A program made the position numbers and the translations under genes. A DNA stretch of 64,000 bases from Octopus bimaculoides (taxonomy: Eukaryota): assembly GCF_001194135.2 (NCBI RefSeq), contig NC_069001.1, positions 18,177,171 through 18,241,170 on the forward strand, in the 5' to 3' direction. Positions 60,358 to 64,000 of the stretch are shown here, one piece after another (positions within the stretch are counted from its first letter, which is position 1; the number at the start of each line of letters is the position of its first letter). The notes below the pieces were generated by a model, which worked only from the letters and a program-made list of their open reading frames with translations, searched no databases and was not told the DNA's origin.

Positions 60358-62029
60358 TTGTATATGAATATTTAGGGAAGGTGTGATATGAGGGAGATTT
60401 TGCTATTTTTAATTGCATTAGGTGAATCAACAACAATGAGCTTCTTTTCCTCCTTTTACTGACTTGTATAGGCCTAAAAGACTTGCTGCACAATATACAA
60501 GATCATAACATATCTCTGGTAGGTTGTTACACAAGTCTCCTTAACAGCTTTAATTTAGTGGAGAAGGCCAACACAAAATTATTTATTTGGCAGAGAGGAA
60601 GAAAATTAAAATGTGTTAATATGTCCTGGCAAACCTTAAGAACGAATACAAAGAAAGTATTTCAGTTACCTGGGAATCATCATCATCATCGTTTAACGTC
60701 CGCTTTCCATGCTAGCATGGGTTGAACGATTTGACTGAGGACTGGTGAACCAGGTGGCTACACCAGGCTCCAATCTTATTTGGCAGGGTTTCTACAGCTG
60801 GATGCCCTTCCTAATGCCAACCACTCCAAGAGTGTAGTGGGAGCTTTTACGTGCCAAGTTTAGTGTTCAATGAAAGAAACATAGGTATGGATGCCAGTCG
60901 TCAAATTTAGTTCGATTTCGATTTCACTTGCCTCAACAGGTCTTCGCAAGCGAAGTTTAGTGTCTGATGAAGGAAAGATACACATAAGCTAGGCCTTGGA
61001 TTTTTGTCTCACTTGGCTTGCCGGGTCTTCTCACGCACAGCATATTTCCAAAGGTCTCAGCGAGTTCAAATTCTGCCCTTTGTTAGAAAATTACACCAGA
61101 AGTGCTCACAAACATTAAAGACATATGTACCTTTTAATTATTTTGAAGCCCCCATGAAATGTAAGGGCCTTAAACTGCAGCTTGTTTAACTTACACGTAA
61201 GTCTGGCGCTACCAACACATTCAGAATACATAGAAATAACATTATGATCCTATAGAATTTAAAGGTGTTACCATTATTGATATTATTCAATGTGAGGTAT
61301 AAACACAAATTTAAAAGGTTTTACATTCATAGTAAACTATAACTCTTTCAAACTTTGACACAAAGCCAGCAATCATAGGGGCAGAGGCTAATCAATTACA
61401 TTGACTACAGTACTTGACTAGTACTTTATTTTATCAAGCCCAAAAAGATGAAAGGCAAAACTAACCTCAGCAGGATTTGAGCCCAGCATGTTAGAAAATG
61501 CCACTAAGCATTTTGTCCAATGCACTAACAATTCTGGCAGCTCATCAGTTCGTAGCAAACTATAATATAGAACACAAGGTATTTGATGCTTCTTTGTTTC
61601 CAGGTCCACATGTAAGTAAATGTAGTTTACCTTGATAGAAGTAGGGGTTTCCCAAGCAAATGGTGGGGAGATAAAGTGTTTTTTAAGGAAAAATGTCAAA
61701 TACAGTAAAGAAGGTCATTATTTTAAGGAGAAATAAAAGTGTTTGTTGTCAATCATTCTCATCTAAAAATATTCAATACACTTGTATAATTAAACAGCCC
61801 TGTTTTGATCACAATTAGAAAAGTATAATCAATATATTTGTTGGTTCCATCTACAATAATGACAACATCATATTGGATACTTTTAGAAATGCTTCGCTTA
61901 GGAAAAGTAGACTCCCCCACCCTCAATGGATGGTGCTGAAAGAACTGAAAAAGGGACAGATTAATTATCATGTTTAATAAGATTTAGATAATTTTAAAAC
62001 TTTTAAAATTTGCCTAGTGCTCTTAAGTG

Positions 62030-62770
62030 GCAATGGCATGGGTGCTTTCTATGTGTCACCAGCACCCATGTGCCCACAAGATTAGGATTGCTCAGCTGAA
62101 GAGGAATGTAGGGGACAAACCTGTATGCAAGGATAACTAAGATTTTCCTTAGCTTAATATGTCTTCTCATTCTAATTCGAGCGGCTATGCTTTTGGAATA
62201 ACCTCCACCACCTAAGTAATGGAAACTGTCTACTACTTCTAAGGATCCCTCCTGAGAGTCTATTTTTTGTACATTCCTGGTGTTTAATGTACCTGTACAT
62301 CTTCCACATGTAAAAACTTCCAGTGATACTGCTGCACCTCTTATGCATCCATAGCTTGCACTGGGTATACTGTATGGAGTTTCTACCAATGCCTTTTCTA
62401 TATTGAGCAGGGCCATATCTCTGAAGGGATTTATGATTTGTCTGTTTTACTATTTGGTCTTTGCTAAATCAACTCTAAGGCTCTTTGATTCCAGACCTTG
62501 CTTCCACACCTGAAATTTTTTCTCTAGTTCTGATAGAGATTCAAAAATAAGAACAAGGTCATTGGCATAGAGGAGCTCTCATGGGCAGACTGTCTTAAAT
62601 TCCTCTGTTATAGTCTGGAAGGCTATGATAAACAAGAGGGAGCTGAGAACTGATTCCTGGTGGATTCCTACTTGTACACTAAATTCCTTGCTATATTCAT
62701 TGGCAACTTTCACCTTACTGACAACATCCCTGTACATGAATTTACAGCTCTCACTGACCAATCATCTATC
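62030..62770 (-). mobile_element. Decayed RTE-clade LINE RT fragment
   Basis: SKEFSVQVGIHQESVLSSLLFII..ITEEFKTVCP*ELLYANDLVLI (YADD motif mutated to YAND, 62558-62569); LEVVDSFHYLG. Confidence 0.88.
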
Positions 62771-62782
62771 CCTAGCTTCCAC

Positions 62783-62830
<48 letters not shown>

Positions 62831-62835
<5 letters not shown>

Positions 62836-63873
62836 GAGCACTCAGAGAGCGCAAACCTCCACCAAGGCAACATCAACGTCCTCTCAACGATTAGCTAGAG
62901 ATGATTTTTAAAATGAGAATATCTGAAATAAACTCGACTACTCTCACAAATGAGAATACCAAAAATGAACCCAACCGCTCACAAAAATTAAGTAAAACAA
63001 CTGGAAAAATAATCCAGAATCTTTGTCCGGTACCTGATTGATCCCAATGGTAGTCATGGAATGTGAAGGTAGGTGTGTGGGCCATGTTTGTAATGTTGTG
63101 TATGTGTGTCATCTGCAATGGGAACAGGGACAGTTTTCTCTATGAAGGCTTTTTTTTAGTCTATCAACTGATATAGTGTCTTTATGACCATTAAGGTCTA
63201 TAGTGAAAAATTTATCCATGTGTGAAAGAAAACAAAGTTCTTGCATCCGGTGCTTTTAACGGAGGTTTAACAACATCGGTGTGCACAAAAACATGAGTCC
63301 AAAAAGTAAAGCTTCCTTCAAGGCAGAGCTAGAAATGCAATTGTCAAGTAGGTAAGAGGTTTTAAACAGGAGCGATGTATTCAAAATTGGTAAAATTAAA
63401 AATTGTCAAGGGTAATTAAATTTATTATGGTTACTGAATGTTAGTGTTATTTAATTTCTGAATGGTTTTGCTGCCGTTTGTTTATGTAGTTTGATTTCTT
63501 TATCCATCAGTTTCTACTAAGATAGAGACGCGAGTAAAATTAATAATAGAGAAACGAAAATAAAACTTTGGAAATAGCAATGCCGCCATAACTTACATGG
63601 AAACCACGAGCACGCTTTCAAGGGGGATAATCAGAGAAAGACTTGAAAGTCAACGCAAGATCGTAGTACTTCATGTAAAGTAAATACAACAAATAATCCA
63701 GAATCCTTGTCTGGTACTGGATCGATCCCAAAATCTAATCTGTTTGTGCCAGCCACGAGGCCAAACATCTCTAAAAGTTTCATCCGAATCCATTCAGCGA
63801 TTCTTGAGATATCTTGTCCACAGACAAACAAACAACACTAAAACAATACCTCTGCCTTCGCTAAGTCGGAGGT
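62831..63873. mobile_element. Probable Helentron-associated (HINE/DINE-like) non-autonomous element, possibly composite
   Basis: Left end aacaagagcactcagagagcgcaaacctccaccaaggc; right end acctctgccttcgctaagtcggaggt hairpin; internal aaataatccagaatc..tgtc.ggtac block present twice (about 63008-63045 and 63690-63730). Confidence 0.55.
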
Positions 63874-64000
63874 AATAATGATGATGATGAGGATTTCAAA
63901 TTCTGGCACAAAACCAGCAAATTTGGGAGAGGGCCAAGTCGATTACATTGGCCCCATACCTCACTGGTACTTACCTTATCGACCCCCAAAAAGATGAAAG

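Noticed and set aside
60961-60980. ctgatga in tgtctgatgaagg
   Set aside because: Chance variant of the repeat seen at 22455-22470; no stem II or GAAA. The same applies to ctgatga at about 12827 and 22245.
114-63118. Numerous YI/CV/HT/poly-His/poly-Val ORFs
   Set aside because: Translations of microsatellites and degenerate trinucleotide tracts.

Overview
Repeat-saturated, AT-rich eukaryotic scaffold with six N-gaps (8319-8406, 10044-10648, 20949-21458, 36984-37374, 38261-38955, 47744-48695). The SINE families and (TA)/(CA)/(GAT) microsatellite load look like an octopus (cephalopod) genome; this is my recognition, not a search result. No host protein-coding gene can be established, only a few weak candidate exons. 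Everything with clear protein homology is transposon-derived: two Penelope-like elements (RT with YLDD plus GIY-YIG; GIY-YIG fragment), several RTE-clade LINE fragments, an APE+RT LINE of the CR1/L2/Jockey group, Tc1/mariner elements (DD34D-type and DD37D), MITEs and many tRNA-derived SINEs. Most notable: (1) a tRNA-headed, Pol III-type short element that carries a hammerhead-ribozyme core and is inserted as a fold-back (54401-54858), suggesting a Penelope-dependent SINE/retrozyme; (2) type I hammerhead motifs at the 3' ends of the Penelope fragments (30269-30336, and more degenerate 6041-6088); (3) RTE 3' UTRs carrying different tandem arrays, and a probable LINE tail with three C2H2 fingers; (4) several local palindromes, including a perfect 135-bp one.
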